Positions 41,547-52,040 of a DNA stretch of 64,000 nucleotides are shown here, piece after piece. The position numbers and the translations under genes are program-made. The DNA is from Cyanobacteria bacterium J06626_4 (GTDB lineage Bacteria > Cyanobacteriota > Cyanobacteriia > Phormidesmidales > Phormidesmidaceae), in assembly GCA_038523235.1 (NCBI GenBank), contig JBCBJQ010000001.1, positions 64,001 to 128,000 on the forward strand, read 5' to 3'. How positions within the stretch are numbered: the first letter of the stretch is position 1; every line of letters starts with the position of its first letter. Below the pieces are notes generated by a model. It saw nothing but the letters and a program-made list of their open reading frames with translations, made no database searches and had not been told where the DNA came from.

Positions 41547-43337
41547 ATGACGCTAGAGCTCCCTTCTCGGTTTCAATTCAGACTTAAAAAAGATAGCGAT
41601 CGCACAGTCGGCAAGCATTTTCAGGCGGTTGTGGCGATGCTTTTGGTATCCGGCGTCTTATTTGGCGCGGTGGGCACGCGACTGGCCCAGCTGCAGCTGG
41701 TGGAGGGGCCGCGCAATCGGCAGCGGGCCGAAACGAATCGCATTCGCCTCGTGCCCAAGCGACCGGCGCGGGGGGCGTTGCTCGATCGCAACGGCAAGAT
41801 TTTGGCCAGTAGCCGCCTCTCCCATGCCGTTTCTATCTGGCCGATTGCGCTACCGCGATCGGAGTGGCCCTTGGTCGTCGATCGCCTCTCTAGCATTTTG
41901 AACGTTGAGCCCGATAGCATTCGACAACGACTAGAGCAGGCCGGGTATGAGTCGATTGAGGCGATCACCATTGCTCGCGGCATTAGCCCAGCTCAGGCGA
42001 CGGCGATCGCCGAGTTTGGGGACGAACTGCCCGGCGTGCGCCTCGAAGCCGAAGCCGTACGCAACTATCCCAACGGTGATTTAGCAGCCCACGCGCTGGG
42101 CTACACGGGCGAAATCACCCAAGCAGAACTCGACGACCCCACCTATGAAACCTATCGGATGGGCGACATTATTGGGCAGATGGGGGCCGAAGCCGCCTTT
42201 GAGTCGCAGCTACAGGGGGAATGGGGCGGACAGCAGGTCGAAGTTGACAGCTCCGGGCGAGTGATTAGCGTTTTGGGCAACAAGCCAGCGATCTCGGGCA
42301 ACGACGTGCAGCTGACGATCGACCTCGAGCTACAAAAGCTGGCGGAGCAAGCGCTGGGCAATACCCGAGGGGCGATCGTGGCGTTAGATCCACAGTCGGG
42401 CGGGGTCTTAGCGATGGCCAGTCGCCCCACCTTTGACCCGAATATTTTTACCACCAACATTACCGATGCCCAATGGGCGCAGCTACAAGGAGCCGAGCAT
42501 CCCTTCTTAAATCGCTCACTGCAGGGCTTTGCCCCCGCCAGCACCTTCAAAATTGTCACCACCGCCGCTGGTATTGAATCTGGCGAATATTCTCCTAGTG
42601 CGGTGCTACCGACGTTTCCGTTTTTGCGCATCGGCGGCATTCAGTTTTGGGATTGGAACAACGCGGGCTTTGGTCCCCTGGGCTGGCGCGGGGCGATGGC
42701 AATGAGCAGTGACACCTTCTTTTATCAGGTCGGCAGAAAAGTCGGCGGTGAAACTTTGATTGACTGGACTCGCCGCTTTGGCTTTGGCACCAAAACAGGA
42801 ATTGAGCTGGCATCTGAAGAGAGTTCTGGGCTCGTGCCAGATGATGCCTGGAAGCAAGAAAATATGGGCTACGGCTGGTATGTCGGCGATACGATTAACA
42901 TGTCTATCGGCCAAGGGTTCTTGCAGACCTCTCCCCTACAAGTTGCGGTCATGTTTGCGGTGCCGGCAAATGGCGGTTATTTAGTAACGCCCCACCTGCT
43001 CAAAGACAGCCGCACCGAAGACGACTGGCGAGAATCCGTCGGTCTGCAGCCGGTCACCATCGAGGTCTTGCAGGACGGCTTGCGCCAGGTCATCTCTAGC
43101 GGCACGGCCCGCTCGCTCAACCTGCCAAATATTCCTCCCATCGCGGGCAAAACTGGCACTGCCGAAGCGCCCCCCTTTGAAAACCACGCCTGGTTTGGAG
43201 CCTACGCCCCGGCGGAGAATCCCGAAGTCTTGATCGTGGCCTTTGCCGAGCATTCTGGTGGCGGCGGCGGCTCAGTGGCAGCGCCGATGGTGAAGCAAAT
43301 GCTGGAAGCCTATTACAAAGACTGGCAAAAGCCGTAG
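41547..43337 (+). CDS. mrdA: Penicillin-binding protein 2
   Basis: N-terminal TM helix, RG.LLDRNG, PASTFK (SxxK), SSD (SxN-like), KTGTAE. Confidence 0.93.
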   Translation: MTLELPSRFQFRLKKDSDRTVGKHFQAVVAMLLVSGVLFGAVGTRLAQLQLVEGPRNRQRAETNRIRLVPKRPARGALLDRNGKILASSRLSHAVSIWPIALPRSEWPLVVDRLSSILNVEPDSIRQRLEQAGYESIEAITIARGISPAQATAIAEFGDELPGVRLEAEAVRNYPNGDLAAHALGYTGEITQAELDDPTYETYRMGDIIGQMGAEAAFESQLQGEWGGQQVEVDSSGRVISVLGNKPAISGNDVQLTIDLELQKLAEQALGNTRGAIVALDPQSGGVLAMASRPTFDPNIFTTNITDAQWAQLQGAEHPFLNRSLQGFAPASTFKIVTTAAGIESGEYSPSAVLPTFPFLRIGGIQFWDWNNAGFGPLGWRGAMAMSSDTFFYQVGRKVGGETLIDWTRRFGFGTKTGIELASEESSGLVPDDAWKQENMGYGWYVGDTINMSIGQGFLQTSPLQVAVMFAVPANGGYLVTPHLLKDSRTEDDWRESVGLQPVTIEVLQDGLRQVISSGTARSLNLPNIPPIAGKTGTAEAPPFENHAWFGAYAPAENPEVLIVAFAEHSGGGGGSVAAPMVKQMLEAYYKDWQKP

Positions 43338-43441
43338 GGGCGCTGCACTTTAATCCCCCGCTCAAATAGACCATTGTCCATCAGGAGTGGGCGTGCCCAA
43401 CCCCGTCGATGGCACTGGTTTATCAGCCCCTCCTGAAGCAA

Positions 43442-46400
43442 TCAGGCATGGCCATAAATTTGCTGGAATAAACCAGGCGTGTCATCAGTCCCGACGATCA
43501 GACCGCGCATGATCTCATAGACCCAACCGTAGAGCGGCGCAGTTGTCTGGGTAGCGAGGCGATTCACCTGGCTGATCTGATCAAGATAGGCGGCAACAGC
43601 CGCCGGGTCGGCTTGGCACCAGCGACTCATCGGATGTTCCCACTGCTCAAAAAAGTCAGCCAGCAGCGCCTGATCGCCCTGACTTAGAGGCGGCTGAGCG
43701 CTGGTTGAAGCATACAGCTGGTCATCGGGGGGGCAGGTCGCGCGGGTCAGCGCCGCCGATCGCAGAGAGGACCATTGAGCCGCCAGCAGCGGTGGGGCGA
43801 TCGCCAGAGCATATTGCCGACCGGCGGCGAGTTTGAGGCCACCGATGGCGGCGGCTCCTTGGCTCAGCACAAAGTGGTGCAAATCTTCTAGCCAAGGCTG
43901 TACGACTTCGCGTTCGACCACCAAGCCCAGCCGTTTACCGGCAGCGCTGTAGTCAGCGTTGGCCCCGTCGTCCCCCTCAGCGAGCATCAGCGCCACCTGT
44001 TTATAGGCCGCGTACAGGTCTTTTTGGCTATCGGTTTGCAAACAAAACCAAATTTTGTCCCCCACCTCAGAGCGCACCGCCCGCTTAATGGCTTTGGGAT
44101 CCAGCGTGACCACCGGACGAGTCATTTCTTGCTGCAGGATCTCAATATGGTCTGCTTGGCTTTGCACCACTGTTTCCTGCGCTTCGACTGCGGCCTGCAG
44201 GTGCTGAAACTGCTGCTTTTGCATTGACGAGAGCGGACTGCTTTGAGCCTGCAAAAATTCAATTTGTCGCATCAACGTTTCGATGTGCTGGTCTTTATCG
44301 GCCAACAGCTCGTCTTTTTCGAGCAGCAGGTGAGTTTTTTGGCGAATTTCGAGGGCATCCAGCCCGGCTCGAATCAGGTTGAAATAGTGGGATTCAGTGA
44401 TGTCAATAGGCTGCGGCGACTGCCCCGGCAGGTATAGATAGCCCTGTTTTTCTGGCAGCAGTACGGCTAAAACCTGCCCTTCAGGATTGTGTACCTGGAG
44501 TTCTCGCGAAGTCCCCTTCTTGAGGGTGCAGGCCCGATAGCGCCGCTGAGCATAAAAGAAATCGACCTGATCAATAGCGGGGGTGGTCGGAAACTGGGCC
44601 GTGGGGGATGACGGTGGCCGGTCGTAGCGGCTAGGTGCTTCGGCCATTTCCGCACGGGGACTAGTAGACGCAGCGGTGGGAGTGGTGGATGGTGGCGTGA
44701 TCGCATCAGGGCTGTTACCGACAGCGCCTGCTTCAAAGGGCAGTTTTAGCGTGACCGTGGCGGCACTTTGGGGGGCGCTGACCGGTTGGGCCGGGGCTGG
44801 CATCGGAGCCCCGGTCGCGGTCGCGAGGCGCACACCGATCAGCTCTAGCTGCAGCGTAATCTTGCCCTGCCATTCATTCAGCTTCAGCTTATAGGCAATA
44901 TCAACCCGATTCGGTAGCGGACAGTAGCTGCCCCAGCGCCAAGCGATCGCCTCCAGCGTGTCGCCGTTCTCGTCAGCAACAGCGAGTTTGAGATGAGCCT
45001 TGGTCTGACCGATCGGTCGCTGTTCTGTAATGCGGACATTGGGTGTCCAAAACACTGGGTCAGGGTTCTCAATGCCGCAGGGATGCAGCGTCTGCATTTG
45101 GTCGTACAACGAGTGCGTGAGCTGATCCAGCGTGGCCCGCACGTCAATCGTCACCAAGGGTTTCAACTGCTCGGGCTGCAGCGTTTGATTGGCAAAGTTG
45201 GCTAGTCGCGATTTAATCGGGCGCAGATGTTTCGCCGCAAACGAAAAGCCGCCCGCCGCTCGGTGGCCGCCAAATTTGGCCATCAGATCGTGGCAGCTTT
45301 GCAGGGCATCAAAGACGTTGAACTCGGGAATGCTGCGGGCAGAGCCGCGAATCTCTTTATGCTCTTTGTCCTCATAGGTGCAGATAAACACCGGCACGCC
45401 ATAGCGCTCGACCAGGCGCGAGGCGACGATGCCAATGACGCCGTGGTGCCAATCGGGCTGCACAATCAGCAGCACGCGATCTCGCAGCAAATTGACTTCG
45501 CCCTCAGCCATTTGGGCCTCTACCCAGGCGATCGCCTCTTCTTCAATGCGATCGCACATTTCGCGCCGCTGTTGATTCGCCTGCTCACACTGCAAGGCCC
45601 GCTCCAGCGCCACATCCACGTCATCGGTGATCAACATTTCAATCACCACCTGCGGATCGCCAATGCGCCCCACGGCGTTGATGCGCGGCCCCAGCCGAAA
45701 GCCGATGTCTTCGGGCTTGAGCGTGTCGTTTTCGTTGCCCAGCCCCGCGACTTGGATTAATGCCTGCACGCCAATCAGCCGCGATTTAGGCAACAATCGC
45801 AGCCCGCGCCGCACCCACCGCCGGTTTACGCCGGTGAGGGGAGCCAGATCGGCGATCGTCCCCAGCGTAAACAGTTCGAGCAGCGGGGCCGTCAGATCTT
45901 GAATGCGGCCCATCGCCTGGGCCAAGCACACCGCCAAAATATAGGCGACGCCGACTCCCGCAACACCCCGGTAGGGTGAGGCTTCAGCAATTAGTTTCGG
46001 ATTCAGAATGGCATGGGCCGGGGGGATCTCTGGGGGCACATCATGGTGGTCAGTGACGATGACGGTAAGACCCAGTTCGCGGGCGTAGGCGATCGGTTCC
46101 ACCGCCGCAATGCCGTTATCTACCGTGAGAATCACGCTAACGCCATCGGTAAAAAAATCTTCGACGATGCGGCTGTTGATGCCATAGCCCTCTTGCATAC
46201 GGCTGGGAATGGCGTAATCCACATCTGCCCCTAAGAACCGCAGGGCGCGGATCAGTAGCGCCGTGCTGGTCATGCCATCGGCGTCATAGTCGCCACAAAT
46301 AGCGATCTTTTCTTGCAGTTCGATCGCCTGCAGCAAAATCTCGATACTGGCTTCCAGATCGGGAAACTCGTCTAAAGGCGACGGCAGCAGCAGCGCCTCA

Positions 46401-46633
46401 GGATTCAGAAACTCTTGAGCCGCTTCCAGGGTTTGAATGTCACGGTTAAGCAAGACTTGAGTCAGCAGCGGCGACAGCCCAATTTGGTGCGATAGCCATT
46501 GGGCTTCCCCTTTGAGCGCCGGGTGAATAAACCACCGCTGTTGGGGCATGGTCGAGCGCGCCGCCGATGGCTCAGTGGCCTCTGCAGCGGGGCGTGGGGG
46601 TGCTCCCTTCGATTTTGCCGGATGACTTGCCAA
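43442..46633 (-). CDS. recJ: ssDNA exonuclease RecJ with a long C-terminal extension
   Basis: GDYDADG, TVDNG, TDHH, GTIAD, PRINAVGR, RGSARS, FGGH.AAGG; about 460 extra C-terminal residues; start may be ATG 46549. Confidence 0.93.
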   Translation of the reverse strand: MASHPAKSKGAPPRPAAEATEPSAARSTMPQQRWFIHPALKGEAQWLSHQIGLSPLLTQVLLNRDIQTLEAAQEFLNPEALLLPSPLDEFPDLEASIEILLQAIELQEKIAICGDYDADGMTSTALLIRALRFLGADVDYAIPSRMQEGYGINSRIVEDFFTDGVSVILTVDNGIAAVEPIAYARELGLTVIVTDHHDVPPEIPPAHAILNPKLIAEASPYRGVAGVGVAYILAVCLAQAMGRIQDLTAPLLELFTLGTIADLAPLTGVNRRWVRRGLRLLPKSRLIGVQALIQVAGLGNENDTLKPEDIGFRLGPRINAVGRIGDPQVVIEMLITDDVDVALERALQCEQANQQRREMCDRIEEEAIAWVEAQMAEGEVNLLRDRVLLIVQPDWHHGVIGIVASRLVERYGVPVFICTYEDKEHKEIRGSARSIPEFNVFDALQSCHDLMAKFGGHRAAGGFSFAAKHLRPIKSRLANFANQTLQPEQLKPLVTIDVRATLDQLTHSLYDQMQTLHPCGIENPDPVFWTPNVRITEQRPIGQTKAHLKLAVADENGDTLEAIAWRWGSYCPLPNRVDIAYKLKLNEWQGKITLQLELIGVRLATATGAPMPAPAQPVSAPQSAATVTLKLPFEAGAVGNSPDAITPPSTTPTAASTSPRAEMAEAPSRYDRPPSSPTAQFPTTPAIDQVDFFYAQRRYRACTLKKGTSRELQVHNPEGQVLAVLLPEKQGYLYLPGQSPQPIDITESHYFNLIRAGLDALEIRQKTHLLLEKDELLADKDQHIETLMRQIEFLQAQSSPLSSMQKQQFQHLQAAVEAQETVVQSQADHIEILQQEMTRPVVTLDPKAIKRAVRSEVGDKIWFCLQTDSQKDLYAAYKQVALMLAEGDDGANADYSAAGKRLGLVVEREVVQPWLEDLHHFVLSQGAAAIGGLKLAAGRQYALAIAPPLLAAQWSSLRSAALTRATCPPDDQLYASTSAQPPLSQGDQALLADFFEQWEHPMSRWCQADPAAVAAYLDQISQVNRLATQTTAPLYGWVYEIMRGLIVGTDDTPGLFQQIYGHA

Positions 46634-46913
46634 CGACCTTATCCAATCCTTGCTAAATTAGGGCGCGTTATCAATGAGTGACCAAAGCCTTATGGGACAA
46701 GCATGACCGCGCCCGCTCCAAAACCAAGCTAGGGGCTGAAACCGCTGCGGTACAGACATGGAGCTGTTAACTATGACAACCCCTAGATCGCTTGCACTAA
46801 TATATCGCTTCTCTCAGAATTCGATCAGGCGATCGCCGAGGCTGTCAAGTGCTGTGCCTCGGGTTTCCCCATGCCCTGAAGGGCAAAGGTTAAGGGCTTT
46901 GAGCGGCAGCGGT

Positions 46914-47112
46914 TCTTCAGATTCTACTGATCTTAGTGAAGATCGCCAGGCTCGATGCGGTAAATGGCCACGACACCTCACCTCAGTAGCGAGATGAACT
47001 CAAGCGCGTTCAGGGTGACAGGGCTTGACTCACACCGCCTCCTTCATCAAAACCGAGTGAGGCAGGTGCGGCGTCACTGTCTCTGCCAAGGTGGTTCGAG
47101 TAGTTCTCCAGA
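46914..47112 (-). ncRNA. ssrS: 6S RNA (SsaA/SsrS)
   Basis: Minus strand reads GAACTACTCGAACCACCTTGGCAGAG...GCCGCACC...CTCGGTTT...GGCGG...GGTGTCGTGG...CAGTAG, matching conserved cyanobacterial 6S blocks; 5' and 3' ends are complementary; exact ends approximate. Confidence 0.8.
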
Positions 47113-47335
47113 CGGGCTAATACCAAAGCGGGGAAACTGCCCCCTGACGCTAGGGACGTTTTCAGAATCCAAGATTGTTCCCAGAGGCGGGTGAACATCG
47201 CCGCGATCGCGCGCTGGGCGGTCGCCATTCATCCCAGATTTTCTGGTCCGTGGCTCTATCGTTTCGCCTTCAGGCCACTCAGGTTTGGGCTAGGGTGGAG
47301 CATGTCGGACTGTTTACGTCACCGTGCTCAAATCT

Positions 47336-48457
47336 ATGCTTCGTCCCTTTCGGTTTGCCGTCATCAGCGATTTGCATATCGCGTTACCCGAAACGATTCA
47401 CCCCACGGCTAAGCGCTTTCATCTCGTCGAAGTAAGCATTCCCGCCCTTGAACAGGTGTTGCAGCGCCTAGAGACCGAGCCCCTCGATTTTTTGCTGTTG
47501 CCAGGTGATTTGACCCAACATGGCGAGCGCCCCAATCACGACTGGCTGGTGCGTCGTCTGCAGGCGCTGCCGTTTCCAACCTATGTGGTGCCCGGCAACC
47601 ATGACATCGTGACCCAGGCAGGGTGCGATCGCACCCTGGGCCTGACAGAGTTTCCCCAGGTCTATCAAGACTTTGGCTATGATGGCCCACTGCCCTACTA
47701 TCATCGAGAAATTTTGCCGGGCATCCATCTCATTGGCCTCAATTCCATCGCCTTTGATGAGGACGGCGAACAGCTGTTTGCGGGCTGGATAGACGATGCC
47801 CAGTTAGCCTGGTTGTCTACCCAGTTAGCGGCCCTAAAATATGAGTGGGTCATGGTCGCTATTCACCACAACGTGCTAGAGCATTTGCCCGGCCAGGCCC
47901 AGCACCCCATGGGCCGCCGCTATATCGTGCAAAACCGCGATCGCCTCATCCATCAGCTCCAAGCCGGAGGCGTGAATCTGGTGTTCACCGGGCATTTGCA
48001 TGTGCAAGACGTGATTCAGGCGGACAATCTGTGGGAAATTACCACCGGCTCATTGGTGAGCTATCCCCATCCCTATCGGTTGGTGACAGTGACGCCGCAG
48101 CCTGACGGCCACATGCAGGTGCAGGTTGAGAGCGATCGCGTCCGCGCGGTTGAGACTCATCCTGATTTGCAGACCTTCTCTCAAAACTGGATGCGGGCTC
48201 ATGCCGTGCCGTTTATGACTAAATTTCTGACCTGTCCACCCTTTGGGTTAGCTACCGACAAAGCCGCTTTTTATGCGGCGGATCTGACGGACTTTTGGGC
48301 CAGCATCTCCGCTGGGGATCACGAGTTTGACTACGGCCATTTTCCTGACGAACTGAATCAGCGACTCAAAACCTTCGGCGCAGTCAACGCGTCCGGCAGC
48401 TATAAGCCCATTGATAATCACGTCACCCTCAATTTGCCCGTGCAATCGCGTCTCTGA
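47336..48457 (+). CDS. Calcineurin-like metallophosphoesterase
   Basis: SDLH, PGDLT, PGNHD, IHHN and TGHLH motifs. Confidence 0.9.
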   Translation: MLRPFRFAVISDLHIALPETIHPTAKRFHLVEVSIPALEQVLQRLETEPLDFLLLPGDLTQHGERPNHDWLVRRLQALPFPTYVVPGNHDIVTQAGCDRTLGLTEFPQVYQDFGYDGPLPYYHREILPGIHLIGLNSIAFDEDGEQLFAGWIDDAQLAWLSTQLAALKYEWVMVAIHHNVLEHLPGQAQHPMGRRYIVQNRDRLIHQLQAGGVNLVFTGHLHVQDVIQADNLWEITTGSLVSYPHPYRLVTVTPQPDGHMQVQVESDRVRAVETHPDLQTFSQNWMRAHAVPFMTKFLTCPPFGLATDKAAFYAADLTDFWASISAGDHEFDYGHFPDELNQRLKTFGAVNASGSYKPIDNHVTLNLPVQSRL

Positions 48458-48507
48458 TATCCATTGCTCGCTAACTCCCCGGCTCCCTAGCTCGCCACCC
48501 TCTACCC

Positions 48508-49380
48508 TCAACGCTCCGACGCCGGCTCTCGCGAAATCCGAATCTCATACTCCAGCGTTGAAGCCCCAGCAAATCCCGGTTTGAGCTGACCAGACACCGG
48601 TGCGGCATTGGCGGGTTGAGCCGACGCTACCAGAGGAATGTGGCGATCGCTCACGGCCAGCCCGTGGGTGGGGTCAAAGCCGCGCCAGCCACCGCCAGGA
48701 ATGTAAACTTCGGGCCAGGCGTGCAGTTCGCGGCCATCTTGACTTTCGTCCCCTTCTTGATAGCCGCTGACAAACCGAGCTGCCAGGCCGACCGCCTGAC
48801 AGGCCGCCATAAACAGCACGGCAAAATCACGGCAGGAACCCACCTTTTGAGAGAGCGTCACCCCAGGCAACTGTGGTTCCCCCACAGGACGATTGACATA
48901 TTGAAAGTCTTCGTAGATTACTTGCGTCAGGCGAGAGAGAAACAGCCCTACCTGACCGGCTACCTCATGCAGCAGTCCTTGGGCAAACTCCACCACTGCG
49001 GGGCTCATGACCATCCCCGGTACCGGCTGCAGATAGGGTCGAAGATGCGCGGCGACAGAACTGGGGTAATCGATCGGAGCAGAAATCGCCCAGGGTTCGC
49101 TGAGATAGTTGAAAGGATTGGTGCAAAACGTTTCGACCTGGGCCTCGGTGCGAATCTTGAGTGCCGTCGTGGGCACATCAGGAAACCACAGCCGCATACA
49201 GGCGTTGCCCTCTAGATCTAAAACGTCGGAAATCTGAGTCGGCTGGGGCTCAATCGAGATCGCAAAGTGCCGGAGCTGCTGATGGCCATCGCTGCGGGGA
49301 CGCAGTCGAATTGTGTGAGCACCCAACTGCACCGGCTGATGGTAGCGATAAAGCGTTTGGTGGGTGAGGTGATACTGCAC
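48508..49380 (-). CDS. Transglutaminase family protein with Bact_transglu_N domain
   Basis: H.T.Y.Y N-terminus; GSCRDFA (Cys), ARFVSGY, HAW.EVY (His), W.GFDPT (Asp). Confidence 0.93.
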   Translation of the reverse strand: MQYHLTHQTLYRYHQPVQLGAHTIRLRPRSDGHQQLRHFAISIEPQPTQISDVLDLEGNACMRLWFPDVPTTALKIRTEAQVETFCTNPFNYLSEPWAISAPIDYPSSVAAHLRPYLQPVPGMVMSPAVVEFAQGLLHEVAGQVGLFLSRLTQVIYEDFQYVNRPVGEPQLPGVTLSQKVGSCRDFAVLFMAACQAVGLAARFVSGYQEGDESQDGRELHAWPEVYIPGGGWRGFDPTHGLAVSDRHIPLVASAQPANAAPVSGQLKPGFAGASTLEYEIRISREPASER

Positions 49381-49395
49381 GGCGATCCAGAGAGG

Positions 49396-50352
49396 TTAAG
49401 AGGCTAGGGGCACAGCCATAAAGTCTTCATAGATGTGTTCACCCACCGTATTGAGCTGCGTCTGCAACTTGTCGAGAAACTCGTGCAGCCCTAACTCAAA
49501 CACTTCGTCCATCGTCGTATATTCCAGCTCCGATCGCAGCCGCCCCAAAGTCCGCTCGCTGTCATGAGACCAGCTGCCTAGTGTAGTGCCCGTGATGCGA
49601 TGCAGCGATCGCTCCGCCTGCAGCAGAGAAAACTGAATGGAGCGGGGAAACTCCGGATCGAGCAGCAAAAACTGGGCGATGCTGCGGGGGGTAACTCGCC
49701 GCTGGCGTTTGCGATACATCTCGTAGGCGCTGGCTGATTTCAACAGTGCAATCCACTGCAAATCGTCGAGTGGGGTGCCCACATCAGTGACCGCAGGCAG
49801 CAAGATATAGTACTTCACGTCTAAAATGCGGGCGGTTTTATCGGCTCGCTCTAGCAAGCGCCCCAGCTGGCCAAAGTGCCAGCCTTCGTTATGGGCCATG
49901 GTGGCATCCATCACCCCGGCAAAGAGGTGGCTAGCCATCTTCACCTCGGGATAAAAGCGATAGAGATGTTCCTCTGTGGTTTCGGCCTGGGCCGCTTCTT
50001 GCACCCAAAGATAGAACGTATTGACCTGCTCCCACATTTCTGAAGAAATAGTTTCGCGCACGGCGCGGGCGTTTTCGCGGGCTGACTTGACACACGACAA
50101 AATTGAGTTGGGATACTCCTTATCAAAAGTTAAGAACTGCAGCACGTTTTGGGCGCTGGCCTCGTCATAACGCTCTTGAAACAGGGCCTTGTCGCCGGTG
50201 GTCATCATCACTGGTTCCCACTGTTCAGTAAAGCCGGTCACCGGCGTATCCAGCAGCAAATTGAGGTTGACATCGACAAATCGGGCGACGTTTTCGGCCC
50301 GCTCAACGTAGCGGTTGAGCCAGTAAATCGAATCAGCCACGCGGCTTAACAT
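49396..50352 (-). CDS. Alpha-E domain protein (DUF403)
   Basis: [51 protein letters not shown]. Confidence 0.93.
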   Translation of the reverse strand: MLSRVADSIYWLNRYVERAENVARFVDVNLNLLLDTPVTGFTEQWEPVMMTTGDKALFQERYDEASAQNVLQFLTFDKEYPNSILSCVKSARENARAVRETISSEMWEQVNTFYLWVQEAAQAETTEEHLYRFYPEVKMASHLFAGVMDATMAHNEGWHFGQLGRLLERADKTARILDVKYYILLPAVTDVGTPLDDLQWIALLKSASAYEMYRKRQRRVTPRSIAQFLLLDPEFPRSIQFSLLQAERSLHRITGTTLGSWSHDSERTLGRLRSELEYTTMDEVFELGLHEFLDKLQTQLNTVGEHIYEDFMAVPLAS

Positions 50353-51791
50353 GAGCTCTCCTTCACCACCCAGGTATCTTTGCTGCCGCCCCCTTGGGAC
50401 GAATTGACCACCAACGAACCACGCCGCAGCGCCACTCGGGTTAACCCCCCCGGATTCACGTAGATATCTTGGCCATTGAGGATGAAGGGTCGCAAATCGA
50501 CGTGGCAGCCCTCAAATTGACCGTCAATCAAAGTGGGTACTCGCGACAGACTGAGGGTGGGCTGGGCGATGTAATTGCGCGGCTTGGCCTTAATTTTTTC
50601 AGCAAAGGCGGCCCGTTCGGGCTCGGTCGCGTGCAGGCCCATCAACATGCCGTAGCCGCCCGAGGCGTCGGTGGCTTTCACCACCAGCTCATCTAAGTGA
50701 GTCAGCACATACTCGCGCTGCTTCTCGTCTTCGCAGAGATAGGTCGGCACGTTGGGCAACAGCTGCTCTTCACCCAGATAGTAGCGAATCATCTGGGGCA
50801 CATAGGCGTAGATCATTTTGTCATCGGCGACGCCGGTACCGGGGGCATTGGCGATCGCCACCCGGCCCTGGCGATAAACCTCCATTAGCCCCGACACGCC
50901 GAGCATGGAATCGGCCCGAAAGGCCATCGGGTCAAGAAAGTCATCGTCAATGCGGCGGTAAATGACGTCTACGCGGCGCAGTCCCTTTGTCGTGCGCATT
51001 TGCAGATACCCATCGGTGACGACCAGGTCGCGCCCTTCTACCAGTTGGGCGCCCATCTGCTGGGCTAAAAAGGAATGCTCAAAGTAAGCTGAATTGTGAA
51101 TACCTGGCGTCAGCACCACCACACAGGGATCACTCAAGTTAGAGGGGGCCAGGTTCAGCAGGGTATCTAACAGCTGGCTGGCATAATCATCCACCGGTTG
51201 AATATTCAGCGCATCAAAAAAGCGCGGAAACGAGCTTTTCATCACCCGGCGATTTTCGAGCACGTAGGAAACTCCGGACGGACAGCGCAGGTTGTCTTCT
51301 AAGACATACCAGCTGCCATCGCGATCTTTGATCAAGTCAGTGCCGGTGATGTGACACCAAATGTTTTGGGGTGGCTGCAACCCCATACAGGGCTCCAAAA
51401 ACCCTGTCGCCGATTCGATCATCTCGCGGGGAATGACCTTGTCGTTGAGAATCTTCTGGTCGTTGTAGATATCGTGGATAAAACAGTTCAGCGCCTCAAT
51501 CCGCTGTTTTAAACCCCGCTCCAACAGTTCCCATTCTTGATAGGGCACAAAGCGCGGAATCACATCGAAGGGAAAAATCCGCTCAGTGCCTTGGTTATCG
51601 CTGTAGACGTTGAACGTCACCCCCAGCTTGAACAGCATATTTTGCGCGGCCTGCTGCCGTCGCTGTAGTTCTTCTATCGATAAAGACTCAATCCGCTTGA
51701 CCAGTTCAGCCGCCGCCGGGCGCGGGGTCCCCGCCGCCATAAACAGCTCATCAAAGAAATCGCCAGGATCATAACCATCCAAGCAGGGCAT
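50346..51791 (-). CDS. Circularly permuted type 2 ATP-grasp protein
   Basis: [73 protein letters not shown] upstream. Confidence 0.95.
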   Translation of the reverse strand: MPCLDGYDPGDFFDELFMAAGTPRPAAAELVKRIESLSIEELQRRQQAAQNMLFKLGVTFNVYSDNQGTERIFPFDVIPRFVPYQEWELLERGLKQRIEALNCFIHDIYNDQKILNDKVIPREMIESATGFLEPCMGLQPPQNIWCHITGTDLIKDRDGSWYVLEDNLRCPSGVSYVLENRRVMKSSFPRFFDALNIQPVDDYASQLLDTLLNLAPSNLSDPCVVVLTPGIHNSAYFEHSFLAQQMGAQLVEGRDLVVTDGYLQMRTTKGLRRVDVIYRRIDDDFLDPMAFRADSMLGVSGLMEVYRQGRVAIANAPGTGVADDKMIYAYVPQMIRYYLGEEQLLPNVPTYLCEDEKQREYVLTHLDELVVKATDASGGYGMLMGLHATEPERAAFAEKIKAKPRNYIAQPTLSLSRVPTLIDGQFEGCHVDLRPFILNGQDIYVNPGGLTRVALRRGSLVVNSSQGGGSKDTWVVKESSC

Positions 51792-51846
51792 GCATAACCT
51801 CCAAGCCAGTCGAACCAGTCATACTTGTTTCTCGGGTCGGTAAACC

Positions 51847-51860
51847 GTAACACTCTATAC
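51847..51860. promoter_or_regulatory. Putative NtcA binding site
   Basis: GTA-ACACTCTA-TAC (GTA-N8-TAC), 56 nt upstream of the ATP-grasp start; only a weak -10 (TATGAC) 23 nt downstream on the minus strand. Confidence 0.55.
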
Positions 51861-52040
51861 GCTTAATCAGCCTAGAGGCGTTGGAAAGACACGGAAACAG
51901 GGGCCGCGATCGCCCCTTCTCGACCAGGGCGACAACTCAAACCGGCAGCGTCTGGAAAGCGTTTCCCGGCCACTCGCCCCCACCTGCCACCGTCGTGAGA
52001 ACGGTGAGAATCGGTCTCTCCAGGCAGCATGATGGCGGCA

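Noticed and set aside
46758..47435. Cluster of short ORFs between recJ and the metallophosphoesterase
   Set aside because: No motifs; the region is better explained by 6S RNA and promoters
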